Notes: generated from the letters alone by a model not told the origin. A stretch of 64,000 nucleotides of DNA from Candidatus Micrarchaeota archaeon CG10_big_fil_rev_8_21_14_0_10_45_29 (GCA_002778455.1 PFCD01000016.1:2446-66445); one strand, 5' to 3'. Positions 26,444 to 35,808 are shown, counted from the stretch's first letter. Translations and numbers: made by a program.

Positions 26444-27390
26444 TAAAACTCTTTTTTTGTTTGAGCCAGCGCCTCAAGAAGCTTTCCCTCTACATCTTTC
26501 TCCCCTGCGCCAAACCTCTCCTCTACAAAATAAGTTGCATGCAAATAAGCGTTTGCATCCGACTTGAGGTACTGCTGCAAAAAAGCCCGCTCTTCCCCGT
26601 GCAAAATTAAGCCTGCTCCTTCAAGCTGGCATATCAGATTAAGGGCTTCCGGAATGCATTCCCCCATTTTCTGCATTGCCTCAAGGTGCGCCGCAGAATT
26701 GAATTTTGGCTCAATGCCGCAGAGCACAATGTCTTCCGAGGACACGTTTCCGGCAAGCATCCCTATCCCGTGAAGGCGCGCAAGCTTGTAAAGCAAATTT
26801 CCAGCAACCGCAATTCTTATCTCTCCCGCCGCCGAAAGCTCTTTTTCTTCTTTGGCAGAAAACGAGACAAGGTATGCCCTGTGCGCGGCCTCATACATGT
26901 TTTCCCGTGAGCGGCTGAATGCGGCTGCAGGGAAATTAAAAAGCGAGGATATCTGCTCAGGCACATCTTCTCTTGAGAAAAGCTCAAGCACTATCGCGGC
27001 CATCTCTCCTCCCGGCGCCTGCGATACATGAAATTTTCTCTCCCCTATCAAAATGTCCGCGCGCCTCTCCTCTGTGCGTATTGCTGAAATTATTCTTTTG
27101 AGCGCAACATCCCCCGAGAGGGAGGGCACAACCTGCACAGACGCATTTTTAGCATATTTTTCATTTTGCAAAATTCCCGCATTTGCCTCTTTTGCAAGCT
27201 TTGGGGGAATTTTTCTGCCTTTTTTAATATTAAAATGCCCTGCACCCCTGTCTTTTAGGGAATTTGCCTCATCCGTCAAATAAAACGGGATTTTTGAATT
27301 TAATATAAACGAAGCCCTTGCTAATGCACCAGGCGCTTTCGCCTCTTTCGCATTGGCAGGTTTTTGTTTCCTGCTTTTTCTGGCACCCAT
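26440..27390 (-). CDS. hypothetical protein (316 aa) with basic N-terminus
   Basis: Long ORF that converges on and overlaps the rad50 stop by 4 nt. I see no recognisable motif, and in particular no Mre11 phosphoesterase motifs. Confidence 0.55.
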   Translation of the reverse strand: MGARKSRKQKPANAKEAKAPGALARASFILNSKIPFYLTDEANSLKDRGAGHFNIKKGRKIPPKLAKEANAGILQNEKYAKNASVQVVPSLSGDVALKRIISAIRTEERRADILIGERKFHVSQAPGGEMAAIVLELFSREDVPEQISSLFNFPAAAFSRSRENMYEAAHRAYLVSFSAKEEKELSAAGEIRIAVAGNLLYKLARLHGIGMLAGNVSSEDIVLCGIEPKFNSAAHLEAMQKMGECIPEALNLICQLEGAGLILHGEERAFLQQYLKSDANAYLHATYFVEERFGAGEKDVEGKLLEALAQTKKEFY

Positions 27391-27503
27391 TCTAATCCCA
27401 ATTAACCGTTATTTTTCCCACAACCTGCCGTTCTTTTTAGCATTTATTCTAATGTTGTGTATAACTTATTCTGCCTCTAAAAGGTTAAAAACAATTGTCT
27501 CAG

Positions 27504-27545
27504 CCTAAACCGCGGGGGGAAACACCAGCGAACCTTTGCCCCCCT
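27504..27545. repeat. G-run/C-run hairpin repeat, copy 3
   Basis: CCTAAACCGCGGGGGGAAACACCAGCGAACCTTTGCCCCCCT. Its 5' part matches copy 1 (CCTAAACYGCGGGG) and copy 2 (AAACCGCGG.GGGGAACAC.AGC). GGGGGG/CCCCCC can pair (27514-27544). Confidence 0.55.
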
Positions 27546-27683
27546 CAAGCCCGCATTTTGCTTAAGCAAAACGGGCGGCAATAAGCTCTGGCATGCGTTT
27601 TGCACAGGAATTTTTGAAAAAATGCCAATCAAATGCTTTTTATTCTGCCTCTTCCAAATTTAGCCAACACCTGGTGAATTTTT

Positions 27684-29699
27684 ATGAGATATTGGGCAAT
27701 TTTGGCAATCTTGGCGCTTGCAACATTTTCTTTTGCAACAAACAGCAGCGCCTTTACGCTTGAGAAAGTTTACAACGGCTCTGCAGGAAGGGGCGACTTG
27801 CCATTTAGCTTTCAGAAGCCGGTTTCCATATTCATAGATTCCGACGGGCTTATGTATGTAAGCGATGATTCGGCATCAGCTATTTATGCGCTTGATGAAA
27901 ATGACGCGGTTGTGCGCTCAATCGGCAAAAAAGGCGCATCAAGCGAGCTTAGCAATCCAACCGCCTCCTGGTATGACGGGCAGAAAACATATATAACTGA
28001 TTCCGGGCTTGCAGGAATATACTACGATGTTAAAGGAACCGGAATTGTGCGAATGAATGTAATCTCCCCTTTTCTCACAAACCCATCCGCGCTCTGGGTT
28101 GAGGGCGGGGGAATTTGGATTCTTGACAAGGCAAAAAACAAGGTATATGCATACAACATCAGCCTTGACAAATACGAGGGCACTTACCTTTCTGAAGGAT
28201 TCGGGGACGGCAAGCTCTCCTCCCCGTCCGACTTGTTCTTTGACGGGGAAAGATTCTATATAGCAGACACTGGAAATAACAGGGTGCAGGTATTTTCAAA
28301 GAATTTTGAATACCTCTCGGTGATAGGCACAGGCAAAGGGGGCCTGAGCCTCAACGGCCCGAAATCAGCCGCATCAGATGGCAAAAGGGTTTATGTCGCA
28401 GACACTTATAACAAAAGAATAATCGTCTTTGATTTGCAGGGGTTTGTGCTTGACGAGTTTGATGAGGCAATAGCAGGAAACATCTCATTTCAAAATCCGG
28501 TTTCAGTAAGGGTAAAGGATGAGAAGCTATATGTGGTTGACGGCTCCCTGGCAGAGGTTTTTGTTTATTCGATAAACTGGAGCGCCAGCACCCAAAACCT
28601 TTTCTCAGAATTAATTAGCGCAAACACAACCGTGCAAAATTATAATCGGACCACAATAGCGCTTGCCAAAGGGATGGGCGCGCAAATTTCCGCATACGCT
28701 CTTGGCTCAAATATGCAAACCGCATTCTCGTATTTTGAGGCGGGGGATTATGCAAAAGCAAGAAAAGAGCTAAGCGACACGCTGGAGCTTCTTGAGGCAA
28801 GAAAGAAAGCCGACACAAAGGCAATGGAATCCGCGCTTCTCTCAAAAATTGATTCTGCTTCAAAATCCGCCCAATATTACAACGGGGCTTCCCTTACATT
28901 AAGCCAGCAGGAAAAGCTTGCAGAGGCGCAATCCTCAATAGATGCCGCAAAGGCGGCGCTCGCATCAAAAAATTACAAAACATCCCTCTCATTTGCGGAC
29001 TTGGCATCCTCTTCCCTTGAAAGCATCGCAAACGCGCCGGCCTCTCCCCCCGCAAACAATACCGGCTCCGGGCAAAGCGAGCCGGCTTCAGGCACTTTGC
29101 GCATAATGGTGCAGGCGCAGGCGGATAGGGCAAACCTGTCCCTCTCCTCTTTGCAGCAAAGGGCGCAAATGCTTGGCATATATATAAACTTCGAGCCAGT
29201 CCCCTCCCTTATCCAAAGCGCAAACGCACTTTTGGAGGTAAGCCAGTTTGACGAGGCAAAGGCAAGCCTTGAGGCGGCGCAAGCGCGCCTTGATGAAATA
29301 TCCGCCTCAATGGACGCAAATGAGGCGCAAATAATAGAGGCAAATATTACTCTCTCGCAGGCTCTAAAAGCATCCGCCGCGTCCGGCTCTGCGGAGGCAA
29401 TGGCAAAAGCAGAAGAGGCGCGCATAATGCTCTTTGAAAACCCGCAGCAGGCGCAGGCGCTTGCGCGAGAATCAATCCAACTCTCAAATTCAGGCGGGGC
29501 AATGCTGGAGCTAAGCCCGCTTGCGCTCGCGCTAATAGCATTTGTTGCCATACTTTTCTCTGTTGCAATATTGGGGGCGGCCGCCTTTATCCTCATAAAA
29601 AGCAGGCAAAAAGGGCTTGCAGGCGCCGGGGAGAAATTCAGCGCCCCTAAAATAGAGCTTAAAATAGATTTGGGGGGCAGAAGAAAGAAGGGGCTTTAG
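27684..29699 (+). CDS. secreted NHL-repeat (beta-propeller) protein with Ala/Ser/Gln-rich stalk and C-terminal membrane anchor
   Basis: Signal peptide MRYWAILAILALATFSFA, NHL-like repeats (ADTGNNRVQVFSKN; ADTYNKRIIVFDLQG; YVVDGSLAEVFVYS), a helical low-complexity region, then the TM segment LALALIAFVAILFSVAILGAAAFILI plus a basic tail. Confidence 0.7.
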   Translation: MRYWAILAILALATFSFATNSSAFTLEKVYNGSAGRGDLPFSFQKPVSIFIDSDGLMYVSDDSASAIYALDENDAVVRSIGKKGASSELSNPTASWYDGQKTYITDSGLAGIYYDVKGTGIVRMNVISPFLTNPSALWVEGGGIWILDKAKNKVYAYNISLDKYEGTYLSEGFGDGKLSSPSDLFFDGERFYIADTGNNRVQVFSKNFEYLSVIGTGKGGLSLNGPKSAASDGKRVYVADTYNKRIIVFDLQGFVLDEFDEAIAGNISFQNPVSVRVKDEKLYVVDGSLAEVFVYSINWSASTQNLFSELISANTTVQNYNRTTIALAKGMGAQISAYALGSNMQTAFSYFEAGDYAKARKELSDTLELLEARKKADTKAMESALLSKIDSASKSAQYYNGASLTLSQQEKLAEAQSSIDAAKAALASKNYKTSLSFADLASSSLESIANAPASPPANNTGSGQSEPASGTLRIMVQAQADRANLSLSSLQQRAQMLGIYINFEPVPSLIQSANALLEVSQFDEAKASLEAAQARLDEISASMDANEAQIIEANITLSQALKASAASGSAEAMAKAEEARIMLFENPQQAQALARESIQLSNSGGAMLELSPLALALIAFVAILFSVAILGAAAFILIKSRQKGLAGAGEKFSAPKIELKIDLGGRRKKGL

Positions 29700-29758
29700 C
29701 TAGTTTTCCCTGTTTTTATTTTCCCTTATCCTTTTCCAATTTTTGCAAAAGCGCAAAT

Positions 29759-31738
29759 TCATTTTCCCTTATTTTTTTGCAATGAGTGCATCCTCTCCAC
29801 TTCGCTTGTGGTGCTAATTTCCCCTATCCCCTTGTCCTCCCTTATCTGCACCATGCGCGGAAAGCGAAGCGCATACCCTTTTTTTCCTGCCTCTCCGCAT
29901 GTGTGCACATTTGAGAGGGAAATTTCATCAGCAGAAACAGATATCACTATTTTTGGCTCAACCCAGAAATCCGGCTTGAGCTTTGCCCTCAAATGCGCGG
30001 GCTTTTTTTGCAATTTAAGCTTTGCAAGCATTTTGCCAAGCTCAGCCATTTCTTCCTCGGAGAATCCGCTTCCTATCTTTGCAACAGTCTCAAGCTCCCC
30101 GCTGCTCTCGTTTCTCACAGCCGCCAAAAGCCCGCCAAAATTAAATTCAGCCCTCTGCCCCTCTCCCAAATAATACCCCACAACAACAACGTCCAAAGTA
30201 TCTGCCATTTTGCCATAGCTTTTTTTGAGCTTTATCCAGGCAAACTCGCGCGCCCCCGCAACATATGACGCCTGCAAATCTTTTGCTATTACCCCTTCCA
30301 GCCCCTCGTCTATGCATTTTGCAAAAAAATTCTCAAGCTCGTCAGCCGTTCCCGCCATTTTCAGCTCGGTGGGCGCAATCGCCTTTGAATGCTTCACAAG
30401 CGCCTCAACCCCCTGCCTTCGCCTCTCATAAGGCATAAGGGTGCAATCCTCCCCATTAAGATACATGATGTCAAACGCAAATAATTTTAGCGGAAAATCC
30501 TTTTGCATTTTCTCAATTCCGTATTTTCTTTTTCTCTGTATTGTCATCTGAAAAGAATAATACCTCTCCTCCTTCTCATTATATGCAAGCGCCTCTCCCT
30601 CAAAAATAACTTCTTTTGCCTTTAATTTGTGCGCAGCATCAACAATTTCAGGAAACGCATGGCTCACCTTCTCAAGCTTTCGAGAATATAATTCCACTCT
30701 CTCCCCTTTTTTGTGCACCTGAAGCCTAAACCCGTCGTATTTTCCCTCAACCGCGCATTTTCCTATTTTTTCAATTATTCCTGCAGAAGTTGTAAGCCTC
30801 TCTGCCAGCGCGGGCCTTATGGGGGAGAAAACCATTGGCTTGAATTTTCCTATCCTCTCATAATCAAAAAGGCACTCTTTAGCAATTAACCCCAAATCAG
30901 AGCACAAATTATATGCCCTCTCAATAGGCTTTCTTATGCTTTTTTTCCAGCCCTTCAATTCAATATCATAAATTCCTTTTTCAACTTCCTTCGCCCGTGA
31001 GGCAACAAGCCCGCCCACCCGCAGATTTTTGGAATATATTAATTCAACTTCCTTACCCTTTATCGCTTCTATTTCCTTATCGCATTTTGCATGAAACCTC
31101 AAGCCGGCAACCTCATCCTCATCCAAAAATTTCACAACTTTTATTTTGCATTCCTTTTTTTCATGCATCAACGCGCAAATTTCTTTTTTCGCAATGCTGC
31201 TTCTTATCATGGCAAGCGCGTCCATCATCGTCGGCTCGGCAATGCCAAGGCGCATTTTTCCCACGCAAAAGCGGGCAATATATTTTGCCTCGCATGCATT
31301 GGCAGAATTTAGCATTTGCGCTATCTCTTTTATTTTTCCCTCCTGGCTCCCCTTCCCCTGCATTTTTGCAAGCTTCACAAGTCCCTCATACGCATCAAGA
31401 AGCGCCAGCTTTCCGCTTGAGAGCGACATCTGCCTCTTTTTCTCAAGCGCCCATTTTGCAACAAGCCCCAAATCCCCCATTTTTTTGAATTTTGCATCAA
31501 CTTCTTTTTGCGAATGCCCGCTAACAAGGCATATCGCCCTCTGGCAAAGCTTCTCCCCTATTCCCAACTCCAGCCCATCATAGGGGGGGAGAAGAATTCC
31601 GTGCGTCATATATGCAAGAGGGGGCGCTTCCTCCTCTTTAGCATCAGAAATAAGGGATGCGAAAATTTCCGCCATCCTTATGCGTGAGCCGGCCGCCTCT
31701 ATTTCATCCCATGCAGCTGCCACTTTTTCAAAAAGCAT
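29759..31738 (-). CDS. lig: ATP-dependent DNA ligase
   Basis: Motif I EGKYDGFR (KxDG), FEGEAL, EGVIAK and WIKLKK. At 659 aa it appears to carry an extra block in the N-terminal DNA-binding domain. Confidence 0.9.
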   Translation of the reverse strand: MLFEKVAAAWDEIEAAGSRIRMAEIFASLISDAKEEEAPPLAYMTHGILLPPYDGLELGIGEKLCQRAICLVSGHSQKEVDAKFKKMGDLGLVAKWALEKKRQMSLSSGKLALLDAYEGLVKLAKMQGKGSQEGKIKEIAQMLNSANACEAKYIARFCVGKMRLGIAEPTMMDALAMIRSSIAKKEICALMHEKKECKIKVVKFLDEDEVAGLRFHAKCDKEIEAIKGKEVELIYSKNLRVGGLVASRAKEVEKGIYDIELKGWKKSIRKPIERAYNLCSDLGLIAKECLFDYERIGKFKPMVFSPIRPALAERLTTSAGIIEKIGKCAVEGKYDGFRLQVHKKGERVELYSRKLEKVSHAFPEIVDAAHKLKAKEVIFEGEALAYNEKEERYYSFQMTIQRKRKYGIEKMQKDFPLKLFAFDIMYLNGEDCTLMPYERRRQGVEALVKHSKAIAPTELKMAGTADELENFFAKCIDEGLEGVIAKDLQASYVAGAREFAWIKLKKSYGKMADTLDVVVVGYYLGEGQRAEFNFGGLLAAVRNESSGELETVAKIGSGFSEEEMAELGKMLAKLKLQKKPAHLRAKLKPDFWVEPKIVISVSADEISLSNVHTCGEAGKKGYALRFPRMVQIREDKGIGEISTTSEVERMHSLQKNKGK

Positions 31739-31821
31739 GATAAACTAAGCAAATAAGCAAATAAAAAGAATATCCTTTTGGCAAAGCGGCTTTCCCTGCC
31801 CCCTAATTGCCGCAAAACTTC

Positions 31822-32265
31822 TCACCTGTGCTCTTGCATATGCATTACCCCAAGCTTTATTGCAAAATAAACCGTAATGCTGATAACCGCCCCCGCAATA
31901 AAGGCAACCAGCAAGTTTTTGCCCCCATTCCTGTTTTTCTGATTCTCATATTTTTGCAGGCACGCTTTGGCGCTGTCAAGAAATAGTTTTGTTTCAGAAA
32001 CTTCTTCGCTTCTCTTTTCGGCGGATTTTTCCTTTCCCAAACTGCCCTCCCTGCCTGCGCTTATTTTCGCCTTTTCTATAAATTCCTTCGCCCTCTCAAG
32101 CTCTGCCATCTGCTTTGCAGGCATCACTTTGGCATTTGAAATTTTCTTCCCCTGTGAAAATGAGGCGCTTTGCGCATAATTCGCGTTATGCGCATTAAAA
32201 AACAGGAAAAAGGAAGCTATCGCTATAATCGCGGTTTTTCTTTGAGGAATGCACCTTATTTTCAT
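31822..32265 (-). CDS. hypothetical secreted/membrane-anchored protein (147 aa)
   Basis: N-terminal hydrophobic signal (TAIIAIASFFLFF), a charged helical middle, and a C-terminal TM segment (LLVAFIAGAVISITVYFAI). Confidence 0.5.
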   Translation of the reverse strand: MKIRCIPQRKTAIIAIASFFLFFNAHNANYAQSASFSQGKKISNAKVMPAKQMAELERAKEFIEKAKISAGREGSLGKEKSAEKRSEEVSETKLFLDSAKACLQKYENQKNRNGGKNLLVAFIAGAVISITVYFAIKLGVMHMQEHR

Positions 32266-32379
32266 TTTAGCTCACTTTAAGTACACCCCAACTTCCCGAA
32301 AATATATTGCCCGCTTTAATTTATATTCTTATGTCGCCCCTATCTATCTGCACGGGGGGCGATTCTTTTCGGTGCTGCT

Positions 32380-33018
32380 ATGCAAAAAAATATTTTGAAA
32401 AAACTGCCGCAAAAATTCAAAAGCGCATTTTGCAAATTCACCGCATTTGCCATATTAGCAGAAGGGATTCTCCTTTTCCCCAATAATGCTCTCTCACAAG
32501 GGAAACCCGGGCAGGAAAGCAAATTATTTAAGATCAAGCCGTCCGCCCATTCCATATTTGCAAAAGAAACGCACGGCTTTTTGTCGGAGGGGAATTATCA
32601 GCCATCTTATTCTTTTGCCCTGCCTGCGCACCTTGGGGAAAAAACTCCCATTTCACCTATCTCAAGGCAGGCTTTTTCCACAGGCACGATTTTTAGCATG
32701 CAATTGCCATATCTCCAAAGCATTTCAGGCGACCTATATTTCCGGCAAAATCCATCCAGAGTTTTAATGGAAGAAGCAAACAAGCTGAACGCAGACATAA
32801 ACCCCGGCAAAATAATGTTAGGCAATTTAACCCTGGTTTTAACTCCGATAATTGATTGCAGCATAAACGACAGCAGGTTCTTTCGGGGGGCGGGCTTGCA
32901 AGCGTTATTTTACCTTGATTTTGATTATTCTAAAATTTATTTCTCCTATCTGCCTTATCAGCCAAACATCATGAATTCTATCCTGGAGCACAGATTATGG
33001 CTTAAGGTCAATTTCTAA
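32380..33018 (+). CDS. hypothetical secreted beta-rich protein ending in ...HRLWLKVNF
   Basis: Signal-like N-terminus (FCKFTAFAILAEGILLFPNNALSQG), alternating hydrophobic pattern in the C-terminal part (GLQALFYLDFDYSKIYFSYL), and a terminal Phe. Confidence 0.55.
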   Translation: MQKNILKKLPQKFKSAFCKFTAFAILAEGILLFPNNALSQGKPGQESKLFKIKPSAHSIFAKETHGFLSEGNYQPSYSFALPAHLGEKTPISPISRQAFSTGTIFSMQLPYLQSISGDLYFRQNPSRVLMEEANKLNADINPGKIMLGNLTLVLTPIIDCSINDSRFFRGAGLQALFYLDFDYSKIYFSYLPYQPNIMNSILEHRLWLKVNF

Positions 33019-33079
33019 GCTTGAGCCAACCCCATCCAAAGCCTCTAAAAGCATTATATCCCAAATATTTGCGGTATCT

Positions 33080-34429
33080 ATGGACTGCATAAATGACAAA
33101 TTCACCCCAATAGCAAAAATTCTTGAAGGAAAGCATGAGGGGAAAAAAGTGAAAGTGCGCGGCTGGGTGCACAGGGAGAGGCATTCTGCCAAAATGGCAT
33201 TTGTTGTAATGCGCGACTCCACAGGAATTATCCAGTGCACCCTCAAAAACGAAGAAAGCGGGGCAGAAGGCGCAAAAGCGGGAAAAGCCGCATCAGAAAA
33301 AAAGAAAATATTTGAGGCTGCCACCAGCGTTTATGTAGAATCCTCCTGCATGCTGGAAGGAATTGTAAAAAAGGACGAGCGCGCCCCCGGCGGCTGGGAA
33401 ATTCAAATTTCCAATTTTGAAATCATTTACAAAGGCGAGCCGTTTCCAATAGCAAAAGACCAGTCAACCGAATTTTTGCTTGACACCCGCCACCTCTGGC
33501 TAAGAAGCCAAAAGCTTACAAAAATATTCAAATTGCGCCATTACACCATGCAAATTTTAAGAGAATTTTTTGACAAAAAAGAATTTCTCTCTCTTCCTCC
33601 ACCCATAATCACAAAGTCAGCATGCGAGGGAGGGGCAACCCTTTTTGAGATGGATTATTTCGGCTCCCCTGCATACTTAACTCAGTCCGGGCAAATGTAT
33701 GGGGAAGTTTTCACAACCTCTCTGGAGAACATTTATGTGCTTGCCCCCTCTTTTCGCGCAGAGCCCTCAAGAACAGTAAGACATCTGGCAGAATACTGGC
33801 ACTTAGAGCCGGAAATGGCATTCTATAACCAGAAAATGAATATGGATTTGCAGGAGGAAATGCTTATCTATCTCTGCCAAAACATTGCCAAAAGGCACCC
33901 GCAGCTTTTGCAGGATGTGGGAAGAAACCCAAAGGATTTGCTGAAAATAAAGGGCACTTTTGAGAGAATCCCCTACAAAAAGGCAATAGAGAAATGCCAA
34001 TCACTTGATTTAAAAATAGAGTATGGGCAGGATTTGGGCGCGGATGAGGAATTTGAGCTTACCAAAAATTTGGACAAGCCGATATTTATCCACAACCACC
34101 TAAAAGCATTCAAGGCGTTTTATATGAGAGAGGATGAGAGCGAGCCGGGCACGGTTCTCTCAAACGATTTGCTTGCGCCTCAGGGGCATGGCGAGATAAT
34201 AGGCGGCTCTGAGAGAATATGGGACGAGAAGGAATTGCTTGAGAGGATGAAAGAGCTAAACCTTCCATTGGCAGATTACCAATGGTATGTTGATTTGAGA
34301 AAATACGGCTCTGTGCCGCACGCCGGATTCGGGCTTGGAATAGAGCGAGTGGTAAAATGGATGCTTAATTTGGAGCACATACGCGACACAATACCTTTCC
34401 CCCGCACCATAAACAGGTATTATCCGTAA
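33080..34429 (+). CDS. asnS: asparagine--tRNA ligase (class IIb)
   Basis: Motif 2 FRAEPSRTVRHLAEYWHLEPEMAF is AsnRS-like (E.W..EPE). Motif 3 is GFGLGIERVVKW. It has an N-terminal OB anticodon-binding domain. Confidence 0.8.
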   Translation: MDCINDKFTPIAKILEGKHEGKKVKVRGWVHRERHSAKMAFVVMRDSTGIIQCTLKNEESGAEGAKAGKAASEKKKIFEAATSVYVESSCMLEGIVKKDERAPGGWEIQISNFEIIYKGEPFPIAKDQSTEFLLDTRHLWLRSQKLTKIFKLRHYTMQILREFFDKKEFLSLPPPIITKSACEGGATLFEMDYFGSPAYLTQSGQMYGEVFTTSLENIYVLAPSFRAEPSRTVRHLAEYWHLEPEMAFYNQKMNMDLQEEMLIYLCQNIAKRHPQLLQDVGRNPKDLLKIKGTFERIPYKKAIEKCQSLDLKIEYGQDLGADEEFELTKNLDKPIFIHNHLKAFKAFYMREDESEPGTVLSNDLLAPQGHGEIIGGSERIWDEKELLERMKELNLPLADYQWYVDLRKYGSVPHAGFGLGIERVVKWMLNLEHIRDTIPFPRTINRYYP

Positions 34430-34616
34430 TTATCTTAAACTATCCCGCCGTTTCTATATCATGAAAGCAATGCATTATGCAAGTGTCAAAAAGATGGCAG
34501 CCTTTGAGCGCCTTATTTCTGGGCACAGAAAACTTCTCTGGGCAATCGGCAATCTGTGATGCCAAAAGAATTACCGCCCTGCGCCGCAAGCAGGCTTTTC
34601 AATAAGGTTTTTTGAG

Positions 34617-35153
34617 ATGGAAATTGAGGCAATAAAAAAAGCGCTTTTGCAGCAAATTGAAAAAAACGGCATAAGCGAAAAAGAATATTTACAGCTTGGG
34701 AAAGATGGGAAAAGCTATCTGCAAAAAAGAGGGGAAAAATATTTCCTAAAGATAGAATTTCGCAAATTAATAAGCGTCGCGATGACTGGGGGCGTCTTTG
34801 ACATCATCCATCCCGGGCATATTCTCACCTTAAGCGAGGCAAAAAAGCAGGCGGATTTGCTGATAGTTGCAATCGCAACAGATGAAACCGTGAAAAAAAC
34901 AAAAAAACGGGAGCCCATGCACCGGCAGCCCGAGAGGGTTCAAATGGCAAATTCTCTCAAGCCTGTTGATTTGGCAATTGCAGGCGGAGCCGACTGGCGC
35001 CAAACGTTGCAGCAAGTCTCTCCAGACATAGTTATTTTCGGCTATGACCAAGAAGAGAAAAAAATTGAAGGGATACAAACAATAAAGCTGGATATTTTCT
35101 CCTCATCAGAGCACTCAAAGACGGGAAAGGTAAGGGAAAAATTAGGGTTTTAG
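34617..35153 (+). CDS. cytidylyltransferase-family nucleotidyltransferase, likely FAD synthase (RibL-like)
   Basis: GGVFDIIHPGH (HxGH), with a core size and layout like archaeal RibL. There is an extra ~55-aa N-terminal segment. Confidence 0.6.
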   Translation: MEIEAIKKALLQQIEKNGISEKEYLQLGKDGKSYLQKRGEKYFLKIEFRKLISVAMTGGVFDIIHPGHILTLSEAKKQADLLIVAIATDETVKKTKKREPMHRQPERVQMANSLKPVDLAIAGGADWRQTLQQVSPDIVIFGYDQEEKKIEGIQTIKLDIFSSSEHSKTGKVREKLGF

Positions 35154-35422
35154 TATATCTTGTCGTGATGGTCAAAATCAACAAACAATATCAAATTTCT
35201 ATCCAGATAAACTCTAAACATAAGCACAAAATGCTTGTCTATGTGGACCCTCTTAAGGTCCTTTAGCCCATAGCGCAAATTCTTGTAACGCATTACTGAC
35301 TCTTTGTCTGCTTTCACTATTTCATTTATTTTCTTTTCTATAATAAGCGACTTTTTCCTGTCCTTTTTTGCAAATTTCTCCATCTTAAGCCGCAAACTAG
35401 GAGAAAGGTCAAACTCAAACAT
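35150..35422 (-). CDS. type II toxin, RelE/ParE superfamily
   Basis: 90 aa. LKRVHIDKHFVLMFRV...LILFVDFDHHDKIY is a typical RelE/YafQ-like C-terminal pattern. It abuts the upstream antitoxin ORF with no gap. Confidence 0.7.
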   Translation of the reverse strand: MFEFDLSPSLRLKMEKFAKKDRKKSLIIEKKINEIVKADKESVMRYKNLRYGLKDLKRVHIDKHFVLMFRVYLDRNLILFVDFDHHDKIY

Positions 35423-35677
35423 CTACTCCCCTCTGGCAAGCTTTTCAAGTTCCTTTAGAGTCATTCTCCTATCAGGATATTTTTTCATGTGCTCATCGCA
35501 CATATCAAGGATTTTTTTCACATACTCTTCTTTGGGTTCCTTCTCCACATACTCCTCCCCGTACATGTGGATAAATTTGCTTAACGCCTGCGCCTTGTCA
35601 TGCAAGCCAAATTTTGCCTTTATTACGTTGAGAACCCTGTTGGAATAATCATCAATTTCAATTTGCGCCAATACCAT
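35423..35677 (-). CDS. putative antitoxin
   Basis: 84-aa acidic protein, immediately upstream of and contiguous with the toxin. N-terminus IEIDDYSNRVLNVIKAKFGLHDKAQAL is like small archaeal antitoxin-type DNA binders. Confidence 0.6.
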   Translation of the reverse strand: MVLAQIEIDDYSNRVLNVIKAKFGLHDKAQALSKFIHMYGEEYVEKEPKEEYVKKILDMCDEHMKKYPDRRMTLKELEKLARGE

Positions 35678-35681
35678 AATA

Positions 35682-35706
35682 CCACATCTATTTCATATAG
35701 ATATGG
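35682..35706 (-). promoter_or_regulatory. imperfect inverted repeat upstream of the antitoxin start (candidate TA operator)
   Basis: CCACATCTAT-ttcat-ATAGATATGG has 9 of 10 complementary arm positions. It lies 5-30 nt upstream of the ATG at 35677, with the TATA-like TTTAAATATA just beyond it. Confidence 0.5.
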
Positions 35707-35808
35707 AATATATTTAAAGCTTTCTTCTGTTTATCGCCACATATGGCTTATCAAAACATATATAAACATCTCTCAACACTATATTACTATAAAAATTGAG
35801 GTGCATTT

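Noticed and set aside
28973-29596. 207-aa ORF antisense to the NHL surface-protein gene, plus several shorter ones nearby
   Set aside because: It mirrors the Ala/Ser/Gln-rich stalk region of the sense gene. The lack of stops is a composition artefact of GC-rich Ala codons.
34461-34559. 32-aa ORF (MKAMHYASVKKMAAFERLISGHRKLLWAIGNL) in the asnS-ribL spacer
   Set aside because: It has no SD and no suitably spaced TATA (a TATA-like string abuts the ATG). It has no TM helix or Cys motif and I can judge no conservation, so there is too little support.
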